A stretch of DNA of 63,237 bases, filler included, from Conidiobolus incongruus B7586 (GCA_000697335.1; 42 parts of 42 records of this genome joined end to end with filler, not necessarily neighbours in it), one strand, 5' to 3'. Shown: positions 13,481 through 27,102, counted from the whole stretch's first letter. Notes: a model not told the origin generated them from the letters alone. Numbers and translations: made by a program.

Positions 13481-14745
13481 ATTTTAAAATTAATATTATA
13501 ATGCTTAAATCTCTCTTTAAAAAAGTTCACTTACATATTAATTAACTTCATAATGAAAATAAATCAACTTATAAGATTGCTAGAATTATTAGTGTTAGCT
13601 AATCTATTATAACTAGGGTTATTAAGAATAATGCTAAAAAAACACTTAAACCAAAACTTAAGTATATTAAAACTATAGGTAAACATAATGAAAAGTATAT
13701 TTATAGATTAGTTAATATAAGTAAATATAATATTACTATAAAAGTATAACAAGAATTATAAGCTTATATAAGAATATTAGTTAGTACTAATATTATTATA
13801 TATGTTTTATATTAAAATAGATATCATTTACACTTTAAGAAAAAACACCCTTAACTAAGAAAGTCTCATTATAAAGTTAGGTAAGAGTTTAAATATCAAT
13901 ACTAAAGTTAAACCAAAACTAACTTAAGTAAGGTTATTTAGTCTAATGAAATAAAGATATGTTTTAATAAATATAATAAAGGAGCTAGATGTTTTAAAAA
14001 AGATAAAGAATTATTTTATAACTATTATGTTTTTATAACCTAAAAATATAATGATAGGTTAATTATAGTTTAGGGATATATATTATCTTTAGGTATAAGG
14101 TATCTTTATAAGGTTAATAGGAGAATTAATACTAAAATGTATTAAAGTTTTTTAAACAATAAATTGAAAAAAACTATTGAATGATATAGATTAAAAAAAT
14201 CAAATATTATTTTCTAACAAGATAATACACCTTGTTATATTATAAATTCTACTATTAAATGGCTTAAAAATAACAAAATAATTATTATAAAATAACCTCC
14301 TCAATGTTTTAATCTTAACCTAATTAAATATCTTTAGGATTAATTAAAAAATTAATTAAAGCTTTCCCTCTAACAAAAAATTTAGATTAACTTTGGGAGT
14401 ATATTCAAGAAGCTTAGAATAATATTAGTCTTGTTTAATATAAGAAACTAGTTGATTCTATGCCTTATAAACTTAAAGAAGTTAGAAAGGCAAAAGGTAG
14501 ATATATTAGATATTAATTTTTCTATCAATACTAAAATTTGCAAATTTATAACTCATCTTAAATATACTTTTAGTTATAATATATGAATTAATAATTAATT
14601 AAATTTAACTTTATATTTATATTATATATAAAAAATATATATTAATTACATAGTTTAATATAAGTTTATTTAAGTTAAAATTGATTAAAATATTAATAGA
14701 AATATATATATATTTAATTTTATAACTCATTTTTATAAGCTAATA
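13481..14745 (+). mobile_element. Degenerate Tc1 (DD34E) with whole transposase remnant and right IR/DR
   Basis: Family terminus at 14745 followed by TA; whole transposase remnant inside. Confidence 0.95.
13501..14516 (+). pseudogene. Tc1-type DD34E transposase pseudogene (~338 codons)
   Basis: MLKSLFKKVH start; VI*SNEIKIC (VIWSDETKIC); F*QDNTPCY; K*PPQCFNLNLIKYL*D (KWPPQSPDLNPIEHLWD); C-terminus LVDSMPYKLKEVRKAKGRYIRY*; many stops and at least one frameshift. Confidence 0.93.
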
Positions 14746-15912
14746 TATATANNNNNNNNNNNNNNNNNNNNNNNNNNNNNNNNNNNNNNNNNNNNTTAAT
14801 TAATTAANNNNNNNNNNNNNNNNNNNNNNNNNNNNNNNNNNNNNNNNNNNNTTAAAGTATTTATAAAAATTTCAAATATTAATCTTTTCATAATTTTATA
14901 TAATAATAATAATAAAATATATAAAATTTTATTTATAAAAGTTTTTTTATAAAAAGATAAAAAAAGCTATTATATTTAATAAATTTATTAGATTATAGCT
15001 TATATAATTATAATTGCTTTAGGTAACTAAAATTATACCTATATAAAAATTTTTGAAAATAAATTAAATTTGTTTATAAAATATTTTATTTTAGTTTTTA
15101 ATAAGATAGTTATTCTCTAGATATTTAAAGCTTTCTAAAAATATAACAAAAAGATAATTTTAATAAAAAATACTAATTTTAAGTTATAGATAAATTTTTA
15201 TAAATGATTTACTAATATTTTTATTTAATTTTAATTTTAAAATTATGTTGATATTTAACTATTATATTAATATTAAAACTTATATATACTAATCTATAAA
15301 AGTGTTATAATCCAAAATACTGTATTAATAATCTTTCAAGGTATTATTAGTTAAACTAACTAGATTGCTTTTCTTGAGTTATAAATAATTGATTTTGCAT
15401 TAATAATTTATACTTTGTTGTTAATTATCAATAATACCTTATTTTTGATAAGATGAATAAGTCTTGTTAAAAACTTAGCTATCATTATAATCAATATCAA
15501 CAATATTATAAATTGCCCTTTTATTCAAAGAAATATCAGGGAGCAAAATATCTGATATAATAACCAAATAAATAATTTGTTAAATAACAAATTAAGATTA
15601 ATTGAACAATGTAGAGCTAGCTTATACCATCTCTACCCAAGTTAGAAAAAAAGACAAATATTGCTTTGTTTGGAAATCTATTCCTTTATGTATTATCTTA
15701 GATTATACTTTGTGTGATAATATTGACTAAGGAACTATTTAGGTTTATCATTGGACTAAACCTATAGTTTACTTATAAAATATTAATATTTACTTATATA
15801 GTATATCTTATTAATAAAATAGGTGAACAATATAATATATTACCTAAGCTGAATAAAAAAACATTACTTGGAGGGCTCAATAAAAAATAAGTTATAAAAT
15901 TAAAAATATATA

Positions 15913-16604
15913 TACTAACCCATAAAAATAAGTTATAAAATCAAAATTACTTATATATTTACTTATATTTTGAATAATTCTTAATTAAATCAATTTATAT
16001 TAAAATATATAATTTACCTATATTAGTTGATTATAACTAACTATATTTAATTATATTTTATTTACTATTGGTTAATATATTAAAATTTAAAATTTAACCA
16101 AGGTAAGTTATAAATTTGTGGGTTAATAAGTTAAAGGGGTATAAATAACAAAATTTATATATATCTTCTTTTTCTTTTATAATATTATATTTATTATAAA
16201 ACTATTAAGTTTATATTTTAAAATTAATATTATAATGCTTAAATTTCTCTTTAAAAAAGTTTACTTATATAATAATTAACTATATAATAAAAATAAATCA
16301 ACTTATAAGATTATTAGAATTATTAATATTAGCTAATTTACTATAGTTAAGATAATTAGAAATAACCTTAAAAAAACAATTAAATTAAATTTTAAATATC
16401 TTAAAATTATAGTTAAATAAGAAAAAAGTATATTTATAGATTAGTTAATATAAATAAATGTAATATTATTATAAATGTATACTAAGGATTATAAAACTAT
16501 ATAAGAATATTAATTAATATTAATATTATTATATATACTTTATATTAGAATATATACTACTTATATTTAAAAAAAACACTTATAATTAAATAATTCTTAT
16601 TATA
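15913..16604 (+). mobile_element. Tc1 5' half with complete left IR/DR (~15913-16124)
   Basis: TA|TACTAACCCATAAAAATAAGTTATAAAATC terminus; inner repeat GTAAGTTATAAATTTGTGGGTT; ATG at 16235. Confidence 0.9.
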
Positions 16605-16704
16605 NNNNNNNNNNNNNNNNNNNNNNNNNNNNNNNNNNNNNNNNNNNNTTAATTAATTAANNNNNNNNNNNNNNNNNNNNNNNNNNNNNNNNNNNNNNNN
16701 NNNN

Positions 16705-18791
16705 AATCAATTGATTATATTTTATAGGGAATATAATAAATAGTAAATATTTTAAATATTAAATAAATATAAGTAAAATAAGCTTGAAGGTAATTTGTTT
16801 TAAGTATATAAACATATTAATTCTTTATTCAAGAGGGTTTTTAAATAACTTTGAATATTATTATACTATGATCCTTAAATTTTCTTTTAAGTTAAATTTA
16901 ATAAAAAAATTAAAATACTTAATATTAGATTTGAATTCAATAATATCTAAAGGTAAGTTGATAAAAAGTTATAAAATAAAGATTAAATTAAGTTGTATGT
17001 TATAATTAATGAAATATAAGCTAAAACCTATTGATTTATTAATAAAGATAATTAATAAAAATTAAAGTCAATAGATATAAATAGTTTAATTTAATTAATT
17101 AATATTAATATAAGCTTTAATCATTTATTTTTAGGTTTTAATAGTTTTTTAAATAAATTTAATAATTTAGTTATAATTAATAATAAATATAACTAAATTA
17201 ATCTGAAAGGAATAGAATAATAACCTTTAAAATTTAAAGTTAAATTATATATCTTTATTATATACAATAATCTGAAGAATTTTTTAATAGGTAAAAATAC
17301 TAGAGAATAATAGCTTTGTAATATTTTTTATTATAAAGATTTTGAAATAAAAAATAAAATCAATATATTTAAAGAATAAATTAATTACAATTAGTAAGTT
17401 ACTATAATTATTTGTTGAATTAAGAATTTTTATGAAATTTAGTCAAATATATTATTAAATTTCATCAAGGACTTAGAGGGGAATAAGTTTATTATATTTT
17501 AATTAGGTATTATATTGAATTTGTTAGCATATATCATAGATATTAATATATTTCTAAACTAATTTAATTGAAGAAGGTTAATAATATTTTATTTTAATTT
17601 TCTTAATAGTTTTTAATTAGTTTTAATATTTTTTAACAGGTAAGTTATAATATTCATTGAATATTATTTGTTAAATCTTAAGAATATTTAGAATATATAG
17701 GTAATTATTATTATATAGTAAGTTATCAATAATTTTATATCTTTTAACATAATTTAATTTATTTTCTAATAGTTTAAAAAGTTCTTTTTTAATTAAAATT
17801 AAGAAATTATTGTTTAATAATTTTTCTTAAAATAATTTAATAAATTTTTTATTTTCTTTATTAATAATCATTAAATTAATTTATACTAGGTTTATATAAT
17901 TAATATAAAAAAATAAGTTATAAGATTTTTTAACAAAGTATCAATAATATGATTTTATTATTTTAAAAGATATTAGTTAAAAAAGATAAGCATAAATATT
18001 TATATTTTATTTAACTAATTTTCTTAATAAATATTTTTAAGTATATAAATAAATAACTGATTTATCATTTATAAATATTAAGAAAAATTATAAAATAAAA
18101 AATACAAATGATATTTAATTATTTTTACTCAAGTAAAAAGATTTTATTTATAAATTAGAAATTTTAACTTAGCTAGTTTTAGTTTTCTTAATTAAAATGT
18201 TATTAGCTTTAAAATAATATTTATAAAGTTAAACTCAACTTATTTTCCTTTATTTATTATTTTATCTTATTGTTGAATAGTAAAATATAAATTAAATTTA
18301 ATTTAAGTTAACTATCTATTAATTATAAAAATATTAAACTTAATAAAAAAAGAATAAATAGTTTAGAATTAAAAATAAATAATGCAAAAGTATTAATAAT
18401 ATAGAAAAATAAAGTATTTATATAAAGAATATAGAGTAAGGTTAATTCAAAAAGAGAGTTTCTTCTTAATAAATTAATTAAAAGATTTAAAGTTTAATAA
18501 TAATCAAAAAAATCTTTAAAGTAATTTAACAAATTAAATATAATCATAAGTTAATCTTTGTTTATAAGTATAATAATAGCTTTTACACAATTTAGTTTAG
18601 TTAAATCAATATTAATTCTTTAAGAAAAAATAATATAACTATATAAAAAAATAAATAAACACCCAAAATATATTTTGATAATTTACAAGATAATCTATAT
18701 TTATGAAAAATTTTATAAAATTTAATTAATAAGTTAAATATATTGTTCTTTAATTTTTAAATTTATTAAGATATTATGTAAATAAGTAATA
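16705..18791 (-). mobile_element. Degenerate Ty3/Gypsy pol: RT - RNase H - integrase
   Basis: Minus strand: YLHNILI (YLDD, ~18773-18784); KLITF*LRKLKLAK (IAF.SRKL..AE, RNase H); integrase remnants YDIC*Q, LIVINLFFK (VID.FSK) and ILQIIVYNKDI*F (GIP..IV.D.D.QF). The RT-RH-IN order and motifs fit Ty3/Gypsy. Confidence 0.88.
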
Positions 18792-18891
18792 NNNNNNNNN
18801 NNNNNNNNNNNNNNNNNNNNNNNNNNNNNNNNNNNTTAATTAATTAANNNNNNNNNNNNNNNNNNNNNNNNNNNNNNNNNNNNNNNNNNNN

Positions 18892-18948
18892 AATATGTTT
18901 GAAAAATCAGAAATTAAAAAATTTCCCATTATTTCAAATTTAAGGTAA
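18892..18948 (-). mobile_element. Mariner 5' TIR fragment
   Basis: AAAATTTCCCATTATTTCAAATTTAAGGTAA|TA, a well preserved TIR. Confidence 0.85.
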
Positions 18949-20353
18949 TATTAATATATTTTATTATTATAGGTTTTTTAAATAAATTATATAGTGATAT
19001 AGTTATTAAAAGATATTAAATATACATATTAAATGATAATTTATAATATTAGATTTTATAAAATATTAAAATATTCATTAATATTAGTTTAAAAAAGTTA
19101 CAAATTCTTTAATACTTGACTTTTAAAGAATTTTATTAGATTTAGGAATTAGAATATATATATAATATATAGGAGAATTAGTTTTCTCAAATTATATAAT
19201 ATAATTCATAACTATTAATTATTAGAATATTTTCATTTCAAATTTTAAAGTTAAATTTTATTATGCTTTAATTAGTTAGTAATTATCCAAAAAAATCTTT
19301 ATTTTAATATTATTCAAGATTTCAAATAGCTAATAGAGATAATAATTTATCTACAGCAATCACTTTTTATGAAACTTATCACTTTAGAGATAATAAGGTT
19401 ATTATTTAAAATTGATTAAAGTTTACAAGATTATTTTATATTATTATTTCTATAACTATTAGTAAAATAATAAAATATAATGAAAGAATCCTTTTTATTT
19501 CAGCGAGAGGACTGTTTAAATAGTTTAATATTAATTATATAAGTATAATATATATAATAAAGTCAAAGCTTAGATTAATTAACTAAAATATTAGATAAAT
19601 ATCCTATAATTTAACCAAACCTTAGAAAATAACTATAGTAATTATTATTAAATAGGAATTATTAATATATAATCAAAAAACATAGTTCCTATATTGAATT
19701 AGTGAAAATGATTTAATATCAGGTTTCTTTCTATAATTCGTAATTAAAAAACATAATAAAATACTTAGGTTAAAATAATATCTATTAAAACTTTAAGAAT
19801 AAATATTTTATTTATTAGCAAATTTTAATAATTATAACCGATTTTTAATATTTAATAGTCTCTTTATTGAATCTGTGAATTTAATTCAACTAATATCAAA
19901 TTTTATATTTTATTTAATTAACAATATCTTTAGCTTATATTCTTACTATATATAATGGATACTTATTATTTTCCATAATAATTGCTAAATATATGAAAAC
20001 ATTGTAAATAAACTTCTATATAAAAAAAGATATTATATCTTATATATTTATTCAATTATAGTCTATATTTTTCAAAACTATTTTTTATTAAAAAATATAT
20101 TAATAGTAAAATATTTCTTATAAATAGATTATATTGGTTTATAAAATATTAAATTCAAGTTTTGAATAAAAAGAGTTATTAAAGAAATAAATATATTCTT
20201 TTAGTAATATAAAAACTCTAAATATAAAATAATATTAGATTTTTATATTATAANNNNNNNNNNNNNNNNNNNNNNNNNNNNNNNNNNNNNNNNNNNNTTA
20301 ATTAATTAANNNNNNNNNNNNNNNNNNNNNNNNNNNNNNNNNNNNNNNNNNNN

Positions 20354-21590
20354 ATTTAATACTAATAAAAAAATTAATATATTAGAAATAAAAATATAGT
20401 TTTGAATTATATATATATAATGATTTTATTAATTAAAAAATTAGTTTTTTTAAAATTAAGTGTTTAATTTAATAATATTTAACCTAAATAATAACTATCA
20501 AAAGTTTTTTGTTTTAATATTAATAAAACTTAACTTCAAATCTTTTAAAATTATTTGAAATTTACAAGCAACTTTTAGTAATAAAATATTATCTAAATTA
20601 ACCAAATATTGCTAGGTAAATTACTTTAAATGAAAAAGAAAAAATTACTTAAAATTTGTTAAAATCTAAAAGATTAATTTTAACTATTACTATTTTAATT
20701 ATGAATAAAATAAAAAATTATATTAAAAAAAACCCATTTATTTTGATTAAATTATCATTACATTTTAATATTAATTTCATAAGTATGTATATATATTAGA
20801 GTTTAAATTAAAATTAATTAAAAAATGCAAAAAGAATATCTTATAATTTGAATAAAACTCAAAAAAAGCTAGGATAGCTATTGTTAAACAAAACTTACTA
20901 AGTTATAGCTAGAAAACAATCCTTATAAATAAATTATTATAATTGATGAATATTAAATTCCTTTATATAATCTATTGATAAAAAATTAATTAAGGTCTTA
21001 GATTAAGCCAAATTAACCCCCTTCAAAAATTCTTTTAATTTAACAATTTATTGATAAATAAATTTGAATTGTTAAAATAAATTATAAATGGCATATGCTA
21101 TTTTTATTTATTTCTCAAAAGAAAATCAACTCATAGTAAACTTTATATTATTTATATAAAAAAAATTTTTTCTTTGTATTTTCAATATAATTTCAAAAGT
21201 TCTATTATTTTCAGTGATAATTATAAAATATATAAATCTATTGTTTTAAAAAACATTTATTAAAAATGACTGGAAAGAACTACCATATCCAGTATATTCT
21301 TTAGATTATAACCTATGTGATTATAATTACTATGGGCAATTGAAAAACTAGCTTAAAAGAGAGAAAATTATTGTAAATAAATTTAATTGCTTTATAAAAT
21401 ATTAAATTATAATTTTAAAAAAAAGTACTATAATTTAAATATTAGATCTTTGATAAAAGTATAGCAAAAAAATATTATAAATAAAGAAAATAAATAATTT
21501 TATATTATATATTTATTTTTACTTTTTATGTATTAATATATTTAATTTTGTCAAATATTAAAAATTGTTATTATTTGAATTACAAAGTAA
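20354..21590 (+). mobile_element. Degenerate mariner (DD34D)
   Basis: DWKELPYPVYSLDYNLCDYNYYGQLK near 21267-21345; IDE first-Asp motif; 3' TIR ends TACAAAGTAA. Confidence 0.92.
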
Positions 21591-21750
21591 TTTTTATTTA
21601 AATAAATTATAATATAAATTTACTTATNNNNNNNNNNNNNNNNNNNNNNNNNNNNNNNNNNNNNNNNNNNNTTAATTAATTAANNNNNNNNNNNNNNNNN
21701 NNNNNNNNNNNNNNNNNNNNNNNNNNNTTATTAAATAAAAATAATATATA

Positions 21751-23275
21751 TATTAACTTATAAAAATAAAATATCAAATCAAAAATACTTATATTTTTAC
21801 TAATAACTTAATCAATATTTAATGAAATAAACTTAAATTAAATAATGAAAATTTATTATATTTATTAATAATATAAATCATTAAATAATGATATTTAGTT
21901 ATTAATTAGCTAAAATATCAACTTTTAAATTTTACTTAAGATAAGTCATAAATTTATACGTTTTTGATGATAACAAAAAATTAAAACCTAATATATCTAC
22001 CTTTAACTTTTTTAATTTCTTTAAGTTTATAAGATATAAAATCGACTAATTTCCTATATTAAAAAGGGTTAATCTTGTTTTATATTTCTCAAATATATTC
22101 CCAAAGTTAATTTAAATCTTTTGTTAGGGAAAAAGATTTAGTAACTGTTTTTAATTAATCTTAAAGATTTTTAATTAAATTAAGGTTAAAATATTAAAAA
22201 AGCTATTTATAACTATTATCTTGTTATTTTTAAGCTATTTGGTAATAAAAACTATAATATTACAATAGGTATTATTTTGTTAGAAAATAATATTAGATTT
22301 ATTTAACCTATATTATTCAAAGTTTTTTTTTTAATTTATTATTCAGAATACTTTAATATATCTTAGTATTAATTCCCTTATTAATTTTACAAAAATACCT
22401 TATACTTAAAGACAATATATATTTGTAAATAATAATTAACTTATTATTATAATTTTAGGTAAAATTAATATAATAATTATAAATTAATTTTATATTTGTT
22501 AAAATATCTTGCTTTTTTATTAAATATACTAATATATATTTTTATTTTATTAAACTAAATGACTTTATTTTAATTAGTTTTAATTTAATATTAATGATAA
22601 TATTTAAACTTTTACCTAGCTTAAAATAGGATTTCTTTAAATAAGGGTATTTTTTCTTAAGATATAGGTGGTATTTATGTTAATATAAAACACATATAAT
22701 AGTATTAGTGCTAACTAATATTTTTATATAGTTTTATAGTTCCTGTTATATTTTTATAATAATATTATACTTGCTTATATTAATTAACTAATAAATATAC
22801 TTTTTATCATATTTATTTAAAATTTTAGCATATTTAAATATAAATTTGAATATATTTTTATTATTATTCTTAATAGCTTTAATTATAATAAACTAGTTAA
22901 CATTAGTAATTCTAATAATATTATAAGTTAATTTATTTTCTTTATTAAGTTAAATAATACATAAGTGAATTTATTTAAAGAGGGATCTAAATATAGTGAT
23001 ACTAATAAAAAATTTAATATATCTATAAAATATTATATAAAATAATAGCAAAGAGAGAAAAAAAATATGATTATATATTTTTAAATATATCCCCTTATCT
23101 TAAAAACCTGCAAATTTATAACTTACCTTAATTAAATTTTAAGGGTTAATATTTTTGCTAATAGTTTACTAAATATATTTAAATATATTTATATATTATT
23201 AAATAATATATCTTAACTATATATTATAATTTGAAATAATTTAATATATACAATTATTTTAATTATTAATTAAAA
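21751..23275 (-). mobile_element. Degenerate Tc1 (DD34E), near full length
   Basis: Family terminus after TA; inner repeats GATAAGTCATAAATTT and its inverse near 23105-23130; colinear coding remnant. Confidence 0.92.
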
Positions 23276-24935
23276 NNNNNNNNNNNNNNNNNNNNNNNNN
23301 NNNNNNNNNNNNNNNNNNNTTAATTAATTAANNNNNNNNNNNNNNNNNNNNNNNNNNNNNNNNNNNNNNNNNNNNTTAATATTTATATTATAATAATTAA
23401 ATATATAAATATCATTCAATCAAATTAATTATCAAAATCATATTAAATATATTATTATATAATTAATTACAGATTATTTTTTAAGTTTTCCATTTTTTTA
23501 AGTTAATCATAATATTTACTGAATTGTGATTCTTTATCCTATAATAAGTATCAGAATCTAATTTATTATTAATAATATTAAAAATATACATTGTTGATCA
23601 AATAAATAAATTCCTTTTATTTGGATAAATTATTAATATTGATTTATTATTATAAATCATTTTTATTTTGAAGTTTTAAAAATATATATTAATTTTTATT
23701 AATTATATTTTTAGCTATTAATTATTATTATTATAGGATTTTTATTATATTTTATCCAATTTTTATAGTTATTAAACTTAATTTATCTTTAGTTTATAGT
23801 TATTAATAAAATTTAACACTTATGATAAGGAATTATCTTATCCATCACTTAAGAAACTCCAATTACCATACTAATTCAAGAAGTCACATTGGAGGTACCA
23901 TATTTCATAAATTGGTTGAACCTATCATTCTGCCTGTAAGTCATTCATATCCAGAAAAATCAACAATGAAATCTAATATAAGATTATCATAAGTGAATTA
24001 GTAAACATATCTTTCTATCTTTATTTCAAAAGTATCCAATCTTTAGTTTTTTCTTGTAATACTCACAAAAGTATTGAGTTGTGACAAGCGTGAGATATTT
24101 AGTTTATTCATAGTAAGCCATTTTTACCTAATTTGGTGAATCCCATTAATTTCCTGTAATTTTGTGATAACCTATTATTTACCTCTGGCGATTCCCTGTT
24201 CAAGTTCTTAAAACCTATTTTCTCCAGCGGTTATGGCCATCACTTGTTATATGATTTAAATATTAAAATTCAATAAAACAGCTAAAATAATTATTTAATA
24301 TTGATTGATATATTTAACAATAAAGTCTATATTACAACATTATATGAATTCTTTTATTTGATATAGATTTTAAATTAATAAGGACAAAATATATATGATA
24401 TTAATCAATGTAAATATAATGAAATCAAAGTATTAGTATGATTTCATTAATCTTTTACTTAAACTAAAACCTTTAAAGGTTTAAATAATAGTATTTTGAA
24501 AGTTTATTTATATTATAAGCTTAGGTTCCAAATCCTATAGTTATCAATAGATATATATTATTTAATGGTATTGGATTATTTGATCTTATTCAAAATTTTA
24601 ATAGATAAATATTTTTTTGATGAATGTTAAACTTTTATCATAAAATTTCTATAATCTACATATATATTGCAATTTATTTATAAAATTCTTATATATTAAA
24701 AAAATCTACTTTAATGAAAATTTATATATTATATTTATATTACTATTAATATTAGATTAATTCTCTAATAATTAAATATTAAAATAATAAATAAATATAT
24801 CCTTTGGAGAAATTAATTGAATTATTATATTATAGNNNNNNNNNNNNNNNNNNNNNNNNNNNNNNNNNNNNNNNNNNNNTTAATTAATTAANNNNNNNNN
24901 NNNNNNNNNNNNNNNNNNNNNNNNNNNNNNNNNNN

Positions 24936-25526
24936 AAGATATCTTTATATTATTTTATTAATAAAAGTAGCTTAATTACTAAATAAATTAAAGACTTTAA
25001 TCTTTAAAAACTTGTTATTTTTTAAGAAGATTATATTAAATAATCTTTAATTAAGAAAAAAATAACTTAAAAAGCTTAAATCTAATAAACTAATTATTTT
25101 ACTATTATTAATATATTAAATTACCTCTTTAATGTTTTTAAGGATAAATTAATTATTTATAATGATTTTAAAAATCTTTACAAACTTGAAAATTATTTTA
25201 ATTTAATTTTTATTAAAAATTTAAAGAATATCTTTAAATTAACTATTTTTTTTCAAAAAAATTTACCTATACTTAGTAGTTAACTTATTATAGACTTAAT
25301 CCTAAAGAATTTTCAAGAGGATAATATATTATAAGAATATAAACTTTTAAATTATTAGAAAGACTCTTTAAAAAAAGTGATTACTTAAAAGATTAAGTTT
25401 AATTAATAAAAAAAGCTTTCTTAACTTAAATAAAAAATATCTATAAGGTAATTAATTAAGTAATTTAATAAGATATATTTCAATATACTAAATATTATTA
25501 AAAAAAATTTACAAACTATTATAATA
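24936..25526 (+). mobile_element. LTR retrotransposon gag fragment
   Basis: Reverse-complement homolog of ~3910-4530; cut at TA by a Tc1 insertion. Confidence 0.7.
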
Positions 25527-27002
25527 CACTAACCTATAAAAATGAGTCATAAAATCAAAAATATAAATATTTCTATCAATATCTCAATTAATTCTAATTT
25601 AAATGAATTTATATTAAACTATGTAATTAATATATATTTTTTATTTATTATATAATATATAAAATTAAATTTAATTAATTATTAATTGATATATTAAAAC
25701 TAAAAGTATATATAAAATGAGTTATAAATTTGTGGGTTTTAATATTAATAGAAAAATTAATATCTAGTATATTTACCTTTTGCTTTTCTATCTTTTTTAA
25801 GTTTATGGGGTATAGAGTCAATTAACTTCTTATATTAAATAAGACTAATATTATTCTAAGTTTCTTGAATATATTTTTAGAATTAATTTAAATTTTTTAT
25901 TAAGGGGAAAGTGTTAATTAATTTTTTCAATTAATCTTAAAGATATTTAATTAAATTAAAATTAAAAGATTAAAAAAGTTATTTCATAATAATTATTTTT
26001 TTTATTTTTAAGCTATTTAATAGTAGAATTTATAATATAACAAAAGGTATTATCTTTTTGGAAAATAATATTTGATTTATTTAACCTATATTACTGAATA
26101 TTTTTTTTAATTCATTGTTTAAAATATTTTAATATATCTTAATATTAATTCCCCTATCAACCTTATAAAAATACCTTACACTTAAAGATAATATATATCC
26201 CTAAACTATAATTAACCTACTATTGTATTTTTAGGTTATAATAACATGATAGTTATAAAGTAGTTCTTTATCTTTTTTAAAACATCTAGCTTTTTTATTA
26301 GATTTATTAAGATATATCTTTGTTTCATTAGAATAATTAACTTTGCTCTAGTTAATTTCAGTTCAACTTTAGTGTTAGTATTTAAACTCTTGTTTAACTT
26401 TATAATAAGACTTTTTTAGTTAAAGGTGTTTTTTCTTAAAATGTGAATAGTATCTATTTTAATATAAATATATATATAATAATATTAATACTAATTAATA
26501 TTCTTATATAGTTTTATAATTCTTGTTATATTTCTATAATAATAATATATTTACTTATACTAACTAATGTATAAATATATTTTTTATCATAATTATCTAT
26601 AATTTTAACATACTCAAATTTTAGTTTAAATGTTTTTTTAACATTGTTTTTAATAATTTTAGCTATAATAGATTACCTAATACTAATAATTCTAATAATC
26701 TCACAAGTTGATTTAATTTTATTATAAAATTGATTAATACATAAGTGAACTTTTTTAAAGAGAGATTTAAGCATTATAATATTAATTTTAAAATATTAGC
26801 TTAATAATATTATAATATAAATAATATAACAAGAGAAAAAAAAGTATATATAAGTTTAATTATTTATATATCTTTAATATATAAACCCACAAATTTATAA
26901 CTCATCTTAATTAAATTTTAGGTTTTAATATATTAACTAATAGTTGATAAAATATAATCAAATATAAGTTAGTTATAATCAACCAATATAGATAAATTAT
27001 AT
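25527..27002 (-). mobile_element. Degenerate Tc1 (DD34E), near full length
   Basis: Best-preserved terminus TA|CACTAACCTATAAAAATGAGTCATAAAATC; FQKDNTFC; ATG near 26774. Confidence 0.95.
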
Positions 27003-27102
27003 NNNNNNNNNNNNNNNNNNNNNNNNNNNNNNNNNNNNNNNNNNNNTTAATTAATTAANNNNNNNNNNNNNNNNNNNNNNNNNNNNNNNNNNNNNNNNNN
27101 NN

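Noticed and set aside
13501..14516. Transposases intact under a TAA/TAG=Gln code
   Set aside because: Stops also replace conserved Trp, catalytic D/E are often N/K, and frameshifts occur; these copies are dead under any code.
16784..17005. 73-aa ORF
   Set aside because: Antisense to the Gypsy integrase remnant, non-ATG start, AT-driven composition.
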